From Candidatus Doudnabacteria bacterium RIFCSPHIGHO2_02_FULL_43_13b (GTDB taxonomy: Bacteria; Patescibacteriota; Doudnabacteria; UBA920; O2-02-FULL-48-8): 50,955 nt of DNA. The DNA lies in contig MFER01000006.1 in assembly GCA_001777655.1 (NCBI GenBank), positions 29,859 to 80,813 on the forward strand, in the 5' to 3' direction. The translations under genes were made by a program, and so were the position numbers. The notes beneath the pieces are model-generated. The model saw only the letters and a list, made by a program, of their open reading frames with translations. It was not told where the DNA came from and did not search any database. This document shows, one piece after another, positions 9,247-16,083 of the stretch (the stretch's first letter is position 1; each line of letters begins with the position of its first letter).

Positions 9247-10482
9247 ATGAGCCTAAAATTAAACGATCCACAACTCTACGATTTGATCGAAAAAGAACGG
9301 AAGCGCCAGGTGGAAGTTTTGGAATTGATTGCTTCGGAAAATTATGTTTCCGACGAAGTTTTAGAGGCGCTTGGGTCTGTTTTGACGAACAAATATGCCG
9401 AAGGATATCCGCGCAAGCGATATTATGCCGGCAATGAAGTAATTGATCAAGTGGAAGAGCTTGCGATTGAGCGAGTGAAAGAAGCTTTTAATCTGCCGAT
9501 TGATTGGCATGTAAACGTCCAGCCTTATTCGGGTAGCCCCGCTAACGTCGAAGCCTATTTCGCCCTGTTACAGCCGAGCGATACCGTGATGGCCATGGAT
9601 TTGGCAAACGGCGGGCACTTAACCCACGGCTCGAAAGTGAATGTCACGGGAAAAACTTATAACTTTGTTCATTATGGGGTTTCGGAAAAAACCGGCAAGT
9701 TAGATTACTTGGAAATTTTAAAGATGGCGGATCGAGTCAAGCCGAAAATGATTGTGTCCGGATTTACCGCTTACCCTCGCGAGATTGATTTTAAAAAATT
9801 TAAAGAGATTGCCGACAAGGTTGGGGCGATCAGCATGGCTGACATTTCCCACATTGGCGGGTTAATCGCGGCTGGCGTGCATCCCTCGCCAATTCCTTTC
9901 TTTGATGTGGTTACCACCACTACTCACAAAACCTTGCGGGGACCGCGAGGAGCAATAATTATGTGCAAAGATAAATATGCCACCGCAATCGATAAAGCCG
10001 TGTTTCCGGGCATGCAAGGGGGACCGCATGAAAACGCAATTGCCGGGATTGCTACGGCCATGAAAGAGGTCAAAACTAATTCATTTCGAAAATATGCCGA
10101 ACAGGTGGTAAAAAACTGCAGAGCCCTAGCCCATGCTTTGCAAGATTTTGGTTTTAAATTAGTATCTGGGGGTACAGATAACCATTTGATATTGATTGAT
10201 TTGACGAATAAAAATATTGGAGGTAAAGATGCTCAAAAACTTTTGGAAAGCGCGGGAATTGTTTTGAATATGAATATGGTCCCGTTCGATAAGCGTTCAC
10301 CATTTGATCCATCGGGAGTCCGGTTAGGGACGGCCGCGATTACTTCGCGGGGGATGAAAGAAAAGGAAATGAGCAAGATTGCCTCCTGGATGGCGGCAGT
10401 AATTACTGATCCTTCGGTTGCCGAAAAAGTTCGCGGTGAGATCAAAAGGTTTACGAAGAATTTCCCCGCCCCTGGACTATGA
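9247..10482 (+). CDS. glyA: Serine hydroxymethyltransferase
   Basis: LIASENYVS, GYPRKRYYAG and TTTTHKTLRGPRG (PLP lysine) motifs. Confidence 0.93.
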   Translation: MSLKLNDPQLYDLIEKERKRQVEVLELIASENYVSDEVLEALGSVLTNKYAEGYPRKRYYAGNEVIDQVEELAIERVKEAFNLPIDWHVNVQPYSGSPANVEAYFALLQPSDTVMAMDLANGGHLTHGSKVNVTGKTYNFVHYGVSEKTGKLDYLEILKMADRVKPKMIVSGFTAYPREIDFKKFKEIADKVGAISMADISHIGGLIAAGVHPSPIPFFDVVTTTTHKTLRGPRGAIIMCKDKYATAIDKAVFPGMQGGPHENAIAGIATAMKEVKTNSFRKYAEQVVKNCRALAHALQDFGFKLVSGGTDNHLILIDLTNKNIGGKDAQKLLESAGIVLNMNMVPFDKRSPFDPSGVRLGTAAITSRGMKEKEMSKIASWMAAVITDPSVAEKVRGEIKRFTKNFPAPGL

Positions 10483-10985
10483 ATTTAGCAATATTTCAGG
10501 CGATTAATAATTCGGCTGGGCAGTGGTCCTGGCTTGATTGGGCCGGAAAATTTTTGGCCCGTGATTTTTTGTTTATTTTTATTGCGATCGTATTAATCTT
10601 GTGGTTTAAGCGAAATCTTCGCTGGCGGGTTTACCTCGCCTTGGCCGCGGCGCTGATTTCTCGTTTTGTGATCGTGGAGTTACTAAAAAAGTGGCTGGAT
10701 CAACCACGACCTTTCGAAGTAGTTTCGAATATTCATCAGCTGTTGGTAGACGAAAAATCAGGATTTTCTTTTCCCTCTGGACATACAGCGATTTTTTTTA
10801 GTTTAGCGTTTGCTTTTTATGGGACAAAATATTTCTGGCCATTTATAGTTTTAGCAATAATTGGATCCTTAGCTCGAATTTTTGTCGGTGTGCATTTTCC
10901 GCTGGATATCGTCGCCAGTGTTTTTATCGCAATGATTGTGGTTTGGTCCCTTAAAAGACTTTTCAAACCTAAGATTTTGGGTTAA
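10479..10985 (+). CDS. PAP2 family phosphatase (undecaprenyl-diphosphatase-like)
   Basis: SFPSGHTA and GVHFPLD acid-phosphatase motifs in a membrane protein. Start overlaps the glyA stop. Confidence 0.7.
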   Translation: MNLAIFQAINNSAGQWSWLDWAGKFLARDFLFIFIAIVLILWFKRNLRWRVYLALAAALISRFVIVELLKKWLDQPRPFEVVSNIHQLLVDEKSGFSFPSGHTAIFFSLAFAFYGTKYFWPFIVLAIIGSLARIFVGVHFPLDIVASVFIAMIVVWSLKRLFKPKILG

Positions 10986-11010
10986 AATAAACTCCATGCC
11001 GTTGAATGAT

Positions 11011-11096
11011 GGCCGAGTGGCGGAATGGCAGACGCAGTGGACTCAAAATCCACCGATCGCAAGATCATGTGGGTTCGACTCCCTCCTCGGCCACCA
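11011..11096 (+). tRNA. tRNA-Leu (anticodon CAA), CCA encoded
   Basis: Acceptor ggccgag/ctcggcc. Anticodon stem gtgga/tccac with loop ctCAAaa. Long variable arm gatc-gcaa-gatc. T-loop ttcgact. Confidence 0.85.
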
Positions 11097-11102
11097 AAAA
11101 AT

Positions 11103-11957
11103 ATGGAAGAAAACAAACAATCACCAACTGAATCAAAATTCGTCCCCCCGCCAGAAAATTTGCCTGTGGTGAAATTGGCGGAAATTTCGATTGATCTGAT
11201 CAAACCGAATCCCTGGCAGCCTCGAAAGACTTTCAACGAACAATCCCTGCAGGAACTTTCAGCTTCGATCAAAGAACACGGGATATTGCAACCACTGGTG
11301 GTTGTGCCCCTAGTCGACGGATTCTATCAGTTGATTATTGGCGAAAGACGGTTGCGGGCGGCTAAACTCGCCGGCTTAACCTTGGTCCCTGCCGTGATTC
11401 ATGATTACATTGAGGAACAGAAAAAGCTGGAGCTGGCTTTGATTGAAAATATCCAACGACATAATCTTGATCCGATCGAAGAAGCTACCGCTTACCAACA
11501 GTTGATTGATCAATATAAATTAACCCAAGAAGAAGTCGCCAGGAAAGTTGGCAAAGGCAGAACCACGATCACGAACATGTTGCGTCTGCTTCACCTGCCT
11601 TTAAAAATCCAAAACGCCCTGTCAGAAGGAACCATCTCCGAAGGACATGCTCGCGCGATATTGGGCCTGACTGGCATGGAAAAGCAAATTGCTTTGTATG
11701 AAATGGTGATTGCTCAGAATATGACAGTCAGAGACGTGGAGGAAAAAGTGCGGGAACTTTTGGAGCGCGCCAAAATAGTCCGAGCGCCGCGTGTCAGCAC
11801 TGATCCGGCAATTCTGGCGCTTGAATCGGAATTGCGCGGCAAGCTGGGTACGAAGGTGCGAGTGCAGAAATCCGGGGAGTCTGGCAAGATCACCATCGAA
11901 TTTTATTCACAGGAAGAGCTAAATAGTTTTTTGGATAAGATTAATAAACTTGACTGA
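11103..11957 (+). CDS. parB: ParB/Spo0J chromosome-partitioning protein
   Basis: NPWQPRK, GILQPLVV, GERRLRAAKLAGL and an HTH (QEEVARKVGKGRTTITN). The track ORF start 11025 overlaps the tRNA; ATG 11103 is preferred. Confidence 0.85.
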   Translation: MEENKQSPTESKFVPPPENLPVVKLAEISIDLIKPNPWQPRKTFNEQSLQELSASIKEHGILQPLVVVPLVDGFYQLIIGERRLRAAKLAGLTLVPAVIHDYIEEQKKLELALIENIQRHNLDPIEEATAYQQLIDQYKLTQEEVARKVGKGRTTITNMLRLLHLPLKIQNALSEGTISEGHARAILGLTGMEKQIALYEMVIAQNMTVRDVEEKVRELLERAKIVRAPRVSTDPAILALESELRGKLGTKVRVQKSGESGKITIEFYSQEELNSFLDKINKLD

Positions 11958-12072
11958 AATAAAGCTTTCGTATACACTATGTTTACGATGAATTTAAGCC
12001 TAACCCAATCATCTTATTGGTTTACCACCGGTCACCGGTGGTAGGTTTGAGTTTGTAGCAAGTTACGAACGA

Positions 12073-12101
12073 ACCCGACCATCGCGGTCGGTGTTTTTTT
12101 T
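12073..12101 (+). terminator. Intrinsic terminator-like hairpin plus T8
   Basis: ccgacc-atcgc-ggtcgg followed by tttttttt. Preceded by a perfect 9-bp hairpin at 12023-12043. Confidence 0.6.
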
Positions 12102-12123
12102 GTCTATTTCCACGGAGGATGTT

Positions 12124-12354
12124 ATGAGTGGACAATTGGTTAGCGATGAGCGGATGCAGATAGAGACGGTTGGTTGCCATGAGACGGTTGAGGTGCACTC
12201 CAGCAACGGCCGACTCATTCGGGTCACGTGCCGAAAATGTCAAGTGAGTTCCACCAACAGAGAGGGGCTGGCGGCTGTTGAAATCTGCAATGCCGCGCCA
12301 GTTGCTTCCGCACCGGTGGCCTCGTCAGGTCGCCGGCCCGGTTGGGCCTTCTGA
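12124..12354 (+). CDS. Hypothetical 76-aa Cys-containing protein (high-GC island)
   Basis: ggagga RBS 5 nt upstream of the ATG. MSGQLVSDERMQ...CHETVEV...CRKC. Confidence 0.45.
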   Translation: MSGQLVSDERMQIETVGCHETVEVHSSNGRLIRVTCRKCQVSSTNREGLAAVEICNAAPVASAPVASSGRRPGWAF

Positions 12355-12360
12355 ATCAGA

Positions 12361-12439
12361 GCGGTCGTAGCTTAAAGGCAGAGCGCTTGCGTCTCACCTG
12401 CGCAGGAGGTTGTGGGTTCGAATCCCATCGTCCGCTCCA
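12361..12439 (+). tRNA. Atypical tRNA / tRNA-like gene with a 4-nt-expanded anticodon arm (Val-CAC or Glu-CTC reading ambiguous)
   Basis: Acceptor gcggtcg/cgtccgc (one T:T). D arm gctt-aaaggca-gagc. T arm gtggg-ttcgaat-cccat. CCA encoded. The anticodon arm cttgcgt-ctcacct-gcgcagg is 2 bp longer than canonical. Confidence 0.5.
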
Positions 12440-12446
12440 TCTTTAC

Positions 12447-12488
12447 GGGTCGGGTTTGCTGTAAGGCAAACCCGACCCTCTTCTTTAT
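12447..12488 (+). terminator. Intrinsic terminator-like hairpin
   Basis: gggtcgggtttgc-tgtaag-gcaaacccgaccc followed by a T-rich tract. Confidence 0.6.
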
Positions 12489-12494
12489 ATAGGG

Positions 12495-12523
12495 TTGACA
12501 CAATTTTTATTTCCTGATAAACT
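12495..12523 (+). promoter_or_regulatory. Sigma70-type promoter (TTGACA-17-TAAACT)
   Basis: ttgaca at 12495-12500, 17-nt spacer, taaact at 12518-12523. Confidence 0.5.
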
Positions 12524-12796
12524 ATTTTCTATGCATAGAGCAATTTGGCACATCTGCGATAAGCATCAGAACTCTCCCAAGTTTTTGGTCATGATTAATA
12601 TTGACCAAGATATTGCAGCTGTTGGCTCATATCATGCATAAGTTTTAACAAAACTAGAAGCAGAGATGAGCCGACCAAGCAGGTCGGATTTTTGTTAGTC
12701 GCAGGCCAACAGGATTGAGAATCGGATTCAGGGCGCAACAGTTGCGCTTTGAAATCGGGGATCAACCCCCACTTCACAACTTTCATGGAGGAATGC

Positions 12797-12997
12797 ATGT
12801 TGGTAAGGATTAATCAGATTGAGTTGGCAGAAGAGGTGGCGCAGTTGCGCTTTCTGCAGCGATCATTGCGGGCAAGGTTGAATTCGCTGTGGATTTCCAG
12901 GCAGCAGCGCCGCGACATTCGCCGTCAGCTGGCGACCATCAGTCCCACTCTCGAGACCAAGGCGGATATTTTGAAAGCTTTTCAAGGAGACTCATAA
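12797..12997 (+). CDS. Hypothetical 66-aa Arg-rich helical protein (high-GC island)
   Basis: ggagga RBS before ATG 12797. The stop overlaps the next start (TAATG). Confidence 0.45.
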   Translation: MLVRINQIELAEEVAQLRFLQRSLRARLNSLWISRQQRRDIRRQLATISPTLETKADILKAFQGDS

Positions 12998-13215
12998 TGA
13001 GCGAGCTCAATGAAGGCTTCAGAGAAGATCCTACACTGCTGGAGGTTTCTGTCAGCGATCCGGAGTCGACACCCGTACAGATCGAGACGGCATCGGCCCA
13101 GATCGTGAGTGATCCCGCGCCGGCAACTCCAGCCAGGCCACCGTCCTTGCCATGGGAGATGGAATACGGCGGGGTCTTGCACGTCGGTCGGCACAAGGGG
13201 TCTGCCTGTGAATGA
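12997..13215 (+). CDS. Hypothetical 72-aa acidic/Pro-rich protein (high-GC island)
   Basis: ATG overlaps the upstream TAA. MSELNEGFREDPTLLEV... Confidence 0.45.
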   Translation: MSELNEGFREDPTLLEVSVSDPESTPVQIETASAQIVSDPAPATPARPPSLPWEMEYGGVLHVGRHKGSACE

Positions 13216-13369
13216 GGACCCAATCGCGGCGAATAACCGGCGGCACGAACTATTTCGCCACATCTACCAGGCCCAGCTGCTGGACCGCACCCGGCCAGCA
13301 GACGACCCTGACGCGACAGCGGCGCGAGTGTTTTTAGCTACCCTCGTGCCACTGCCCCTACACGACTAG
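13208..13369 (+). CDS. Hypothetical ~53-aa protein, putative GTG start overlapping the upstream gene end
   Basis: Open frame (track 13109-13369). GTG 13208 is preceded by aagggg. The start is uncertain. Confidence 0.3.
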   Translation: MNEDPIAANNRRHELFRHIYQAQLLDRTRPADDPDATAARVFLATLVPLPLHD

Positions 13370-13431
13370 TTTGTGCGTCAGCGCATTTCGACCCCGGAGA
13401 ATATCCGGCACCTCCTATGCGTCCGCGTACC

Positions 13432-13478
13432 CCGGACAGGTCCTCGCCCCCAGGCGAGCCTGTCCGGTTTCTTTTTTT
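13432..13478 (+). terminator. Strong intrinsic terminator closing the high-GC island
   Basis: ccggacagg..ctcgcc-ccc-aggcgag..cctgtccgg followed by tttcttttttt. Confidence 0.65.
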
Positions 13479-13535
13479 ATTCGTGAAAATTGATTATAAT
13501 GTTTAATATAGGTCGACAAGAAACGTTTGACGTTT

Positions 13536-13568
13536 CGGAGTGTAGTATAGTGGTAGTACGCGTCCATG
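13536..13568 (+). pseudogene. tRNA 5'-half fragment (paralogous to the 5' half of the adjacent tRNA-Pro)
   Basis: cggagtgtagtatagtggtagtacgcgtccatg versus cgggctgtcgtatagtggtagtacgcgcccatg in tRNA-Pro. No matching 3' half was found. Confidence 0.5.
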
Positions 13569-13586
13569 TCCCCGCACTAAATTTTT

Positions 13587-13660
13587 CGGGCTGTCGTATA
13601 GTGGTAGTACGCGCCCATGGGGTGGGTGTAGTCTGAGTTCGATTCTCAGCAGCCCGACCA
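13587..13660 (+). tRNA. tRNA-Pro (anticodon GGG), CCA encoded
   Basis: Acceptor cgggctg/cagcccg with A73. D arm gtat-agtggta-gtac. Anticodon arm cgccc-atGGGgt-gggtg (G37). T arm ctgag-ttcgatt-ctcag. Confidence 0.85.
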
Positions 13661-13718
13661 AGAAATTTGCCGAAAAATTAGTGCGGGGTATAGGTGCATG
13701 CGAAATCCCGTACTGAAG

Positions 13719-13766
13719 CGTAGCTTCTAGTATTGGGATAGTTCCGGTTCGATTCTCCCGCCACCC
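13719..13766 (+). other. tRNA-like 3' remnant (D-arm-like tagcttc.. and T-loop ggttcgattc without a pairing T stem)
   Basis: gcgtagcttctagtattgggatagttccggttcgattctcccgccaccc. I could not fold a cloverleaf. Confidence 0.3.
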
Positions 13767-14001
13767 AAATTATTATTTAGTCGACAGCGGGATCCCGCCT
13801 TCGGCGGTGACCAGCATTCCGACCAGTATATGAATAAGAAAAAAGAATTATATATTTTTCCAAGTTCGCCGTTCACTATATTTTGGAAGATATTTTTTGG
13901 AGAAGGAAGAACGAAAAAATAGACTGGCTTGAAAAAGAAATCCGGCTTTAGTTTAAAGTTTAATTTTTTAAACAGTTTTAAATAGTTTTTAGTTTTAAAT
14001 A

Positions 14002-14028
14002 GATTGATATATCTTCGCCGATCGGCTA
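14002..14028 (+). promoter_or_regulatory. 27-nt box containing palindrome GCCGATCGGC, upstream copy
   Basis: gattgatatatcttcgccgatcggcta. 25/27 identical to 14585-14611. Confidence 0.6.
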
Positions 14029-14040
14029 ATATGTATATAT

Positions 14041-14586
14041 ATGAAGAAATCGGAAGTTATGAAGGCTATCTTGTATTCTTTTGGCGCGGCAGGAATCGTC
14101 GTAATTGCCATAGCCGTACCAAATGCCGCCATAGCTTTTCAAGGATTGCATAAATCACTTGGTAAATACGAAAAAAACCAGTTTTGCCGCTCGTTTAATT
14201 ATTTGAAAAGAAAGAAAATTGTCGGCATTGGGAAGGATGGTGATCGAACTATCATCAAACTTTTAGATAAAGGAAAAGAGAGAGTAATAAAATTTCGATT
14301 GGAAGATTTAAAACTTACTCCGCAGAAAAAGTGGGACGAGAAATTCCGGTTGGTTTTTTTCGACATTCCGGAAAAATATCGGTACTCGCGGCAGATTTTT
14401 ACGAGCAAACTCCGAGAGATTGGGTTTCTTCCGATCCAGAAAAGCGCTTGGATTTGCCCGCATCCTTGCGATGATGAAATCGAATTTTTGGTTTCAATTT
14501 ACGAAATTAGGCCCTTTGTCAGGATTGTTACTTTCAGTTCTCGGGAAATTGAAAGGTACTGGCAGGAGAAGTTTAAGCTCATTTGA
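14041..14586 (+). CDS. Membrane-anchored wHTH plus Cas2-like/PaaX-like domain protein
   Basis: N-terminal hydrophobic helix. C-terminal WDEKFRLVFFDIPEKYRYSRQIFTSKLREIGFLPIQKSAWICP resembles the Cas2 beta-alpha-beta core and the PaaX family. Paralog at 47169-47720. Confidence 0.55.
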   Translation: MKKSEVMKAILYSFGAAGIVVIAIAVPNAAIAFQGLHKSLGKYEKNQFCRSFNYLKRKKIVGIGKDGDRTIIKLLDKGKERVIKFRLEDLKLTPQKKWDEKFRLVFFDIPEKYRYSRQIFTSKLREIGFLPIQKSAWICPHPCDDEIEFLVSIYEIRPFVRIVTFSSREIERYWQEKFKLI

Positions 14587-14611
14587 TTGATACATTTTCG
14601 CCGATCGGCTA
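14585..14611 (+). promoter_or_regulatory. 27-nt box containing palindrome GCCGATCGGC, downstream copy (overlaps the stop codon)
   Basis: gattgatacattttcgccgatcggcta. Confidence 0.6.
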
Positions 14612-14723
14612 TTTTGTGTTGTCGGAGTTTTTAAAATCACCTAAGATTTGCTATGATGGGAACAGTATTAACCTAATATTTATGTCACAAAAACCTTTCA
14701 ACAATTGAATAAAAATCAGCATT

Positions 14724-15353
14724 ATGAAAACTTACGCCTTTATCGATGCTTCCAACCTATTTTACGGGGGTGAGAAAAGTCTTGGTTGGAAGATAGATTA
14801 TCAGAAATTGAAAAAATACCTGGAGGATAAGTATCAAACCACTCGGGTTTTATACTTTGGCGGCGTCGAGATCCATGATTTTAGATTTGATTATTTGTCC
14901 CATGAAACTGTGACGCTTGAAGAGCTCGAACGCTATCTGTCGGATAAAATCAAAACTAAAGCGGATGAGTTGAATGAAGCGACGTTGGTCTTGCTGGGAC
15001 GCCATCTACAACGAATCAGATTTTATCTGAAACTGCAAAAGTTCGGCTACGAATTGATGCTGAAACCAGTCAAACTTTACGATCAAGAAGATGGCACCAC
15101 GAAAAGAAAAGCCAATTGTGATGTGGATATGGCTTTTTACTTGATGAAAGAAAAAGTTATTTTTGAGAGATGTATTATCTTGTCCGGAGATGGTGACTTT
15201 CTGCCAGTATTGAAGTATCTTAGGGAGCGTAAGAAAGAGGTTATTGTTTTGGCTCGTGGACCAAGGACCGCAAAAAAAATACGCCAGTTTGCTGGCGCCA
15301 ATTTTCGCGACTTTGTTCGCTTGGAGAAATACGTAAAATTTGACGAAAAATAA
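14724..15353 (+). CDS. NYN domain (LabA/DUF88-like, PIN-fold) putative RNase
   Basis: AFIDASNLFYG, CDVDMAFYLM, ILSGDGDFLPVLKYLRERKKEV motifs. Confidence 0.75.
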   Translation: MKTYAFIDASNLFYGGEKSLGWKIDYQKLKKYLEDKYQTTRVLYFGGVEIHDFRFDYLSHETVTLEELERYLSDKIKTKADELNEATLVLLGRHLQRIRFYLKLQKFGYELMLKPVKLYDQEDGTTKRKANCDVDMAFYLMKEKVIFERCIILSGDGDFLPVLKYLRERKKEVIVLARGPRTAKKIRQFAGANFRDFVRLEKYVKFDEK

Positions 15354-15419
15354 ACGGAACGGACATACGAAATATCCGTTCCACGTTTAGTAAATTAAGC
15401 ATACTCCTATTTAACGATT

Positions 15420-15890
15420 TTGTCAATATCTTCAAGAAAACCTAAAAAAGTCATGGTGTTTGGGACGTTTGATTTGCTCCATTTGGGGCATTTGAATTTT
15501 TTGATGCAGGCAAAAGAGTTAGGCGACAAATTGATTGTTTCGGTCGCCCGTGATTTGAATGTGTTTAAAGTTAAGGGCCAACGGCCGATTAATCACGAAA
15601 AATTGCGCCTCAAAAACATAAGTTTGTTGCCAGTTGTCGATAAAGCAGTCTTAGGCGGATTAAAAGATCCTTGGCCTCATATCATAAAAGTGCGACCAGA
15701 TATTATTGCCTTAGGTTATGATCAGAAAATTTATGTGACTAAAGAAAAACCCAAGGGAGCGGCAAGAGAGTTGCAACTAAAGCTGATAGAGAAAGGGTTG
15801 AAGAAAACAGAGGTCGTCCGGCTAAAACCCTTCTGGCCGCAGGTTTATAAAAGCCGGATATTGCGGAGAGAGTTAGGGAGTAAACCTTAG
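15420..15890 (+). CDS. Cytidylyl/adenylyltransferase, RibL-like FAD synthetase (FMN adenylyltransferase)
   Basis: VFGTFDLLHLGHLNFLMQAKELGDKLIVSVARD, VDKAVLG and PDIIALGYDQ resemble archaeal RibL / the glycerol-3-phosphate cytidylyltransferase fold. Start is TTG 15420 or ATG 15453. Confidence 0.6.
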   Translation: MSISSRKPKKVMVFGTFDLLHLGHLNFLMQAKELGDKLIVSVARDLNVFKVKGQRPINHEKLRLKNISLLPVVDKAVLGGLKDPWPHIIKVRPDIIALGYDQKIYVTKEKPKGAARELQLKLIEKGLKKTEVVRLKPFWPQVYKSRILRRELGSKP

Positions 15891-15926
15891 CTTCGGGATA
15901 GGTTGCAAAACGGGTCATGTGCGCTC

Positions 15927-16029
15927 GGCATGAAATTTTTAGCAACGGTTGTCGTCTCGCTAACACTCGACGCAACCTGCGTTCTCGGCCGGATAAGCCG
16001 GCCTGCGAAGGCTGCTAAAAATTTATGCC
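15927..16029 (+). ncRNA. Candidate structured RNA or MITE-like element closed by a 16-bp AT-rich helix
   Basis: ggcatgaaatttttagc pairs with gctaaaaatttatgcc. Inner hairpins are ggttg-t-cgtc..gacg-caacc and ggccgg-ataag-ccggcc. Confidence 0.3.
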
Positions 16030-16083
16030 TCGATCATTAAGTTTTAAAAGTAAAACTTATGAAGAAATTTAAAGGGGTGGTAT

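Noticed and set aside
10936-11172. Track ORFs 10936-11172 (+), 10982-11272 (-), and the 5' extension of 11025-11957.
   Set aside because: They run through the tRNA-Leu gene. parB has a good ATG at 11103 immediately after the tRNA.
12889-13263. Multiple overlapping ORFs on both strands in the high-GC island (12939-13223 -, 12982-13263 -, 13052-13246 -, 12595-12798 -).
   Set aside because: High GC inflates the number of open frames. Only the plus-strand set has RBSs and stop/start coupling, so the minus-strand ones are treated as noise, although this cannot be proven from sequence alone.
13661-13766. A third complete tRNA or a tmRNA tRNA-like domain downstream of tRNA-Pro.
   Set aside because: A T-loop (ggttcgattc) is present, but I could not find a pairing T stem, an acceptor partner for gccaccc, or an anticodon arm. 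It is reported only as a remnant within the nested-tRNA finding.
13830-13922. A 30-codon ORF (MNKKKELYIFPSS..) and the agttttaaatag direct repeats (13972-14001) in the AT-rich stretch before the Cas2-like gene.
   Set aside because: No RBS or recognisable motif. Short repeats in AT-rich DNA are expected by chance, and there is not enough evidence for a feature.
15891-16083. Possible FMN (RFN) riboswitch upstream of riboflavin kinase.
   Set aside because: None of the conserved RFN blocks I remember (e.g. ..ccgacagt.., ..ggatgggagaagg..) are present. It is kept only as an unclassified structured element.
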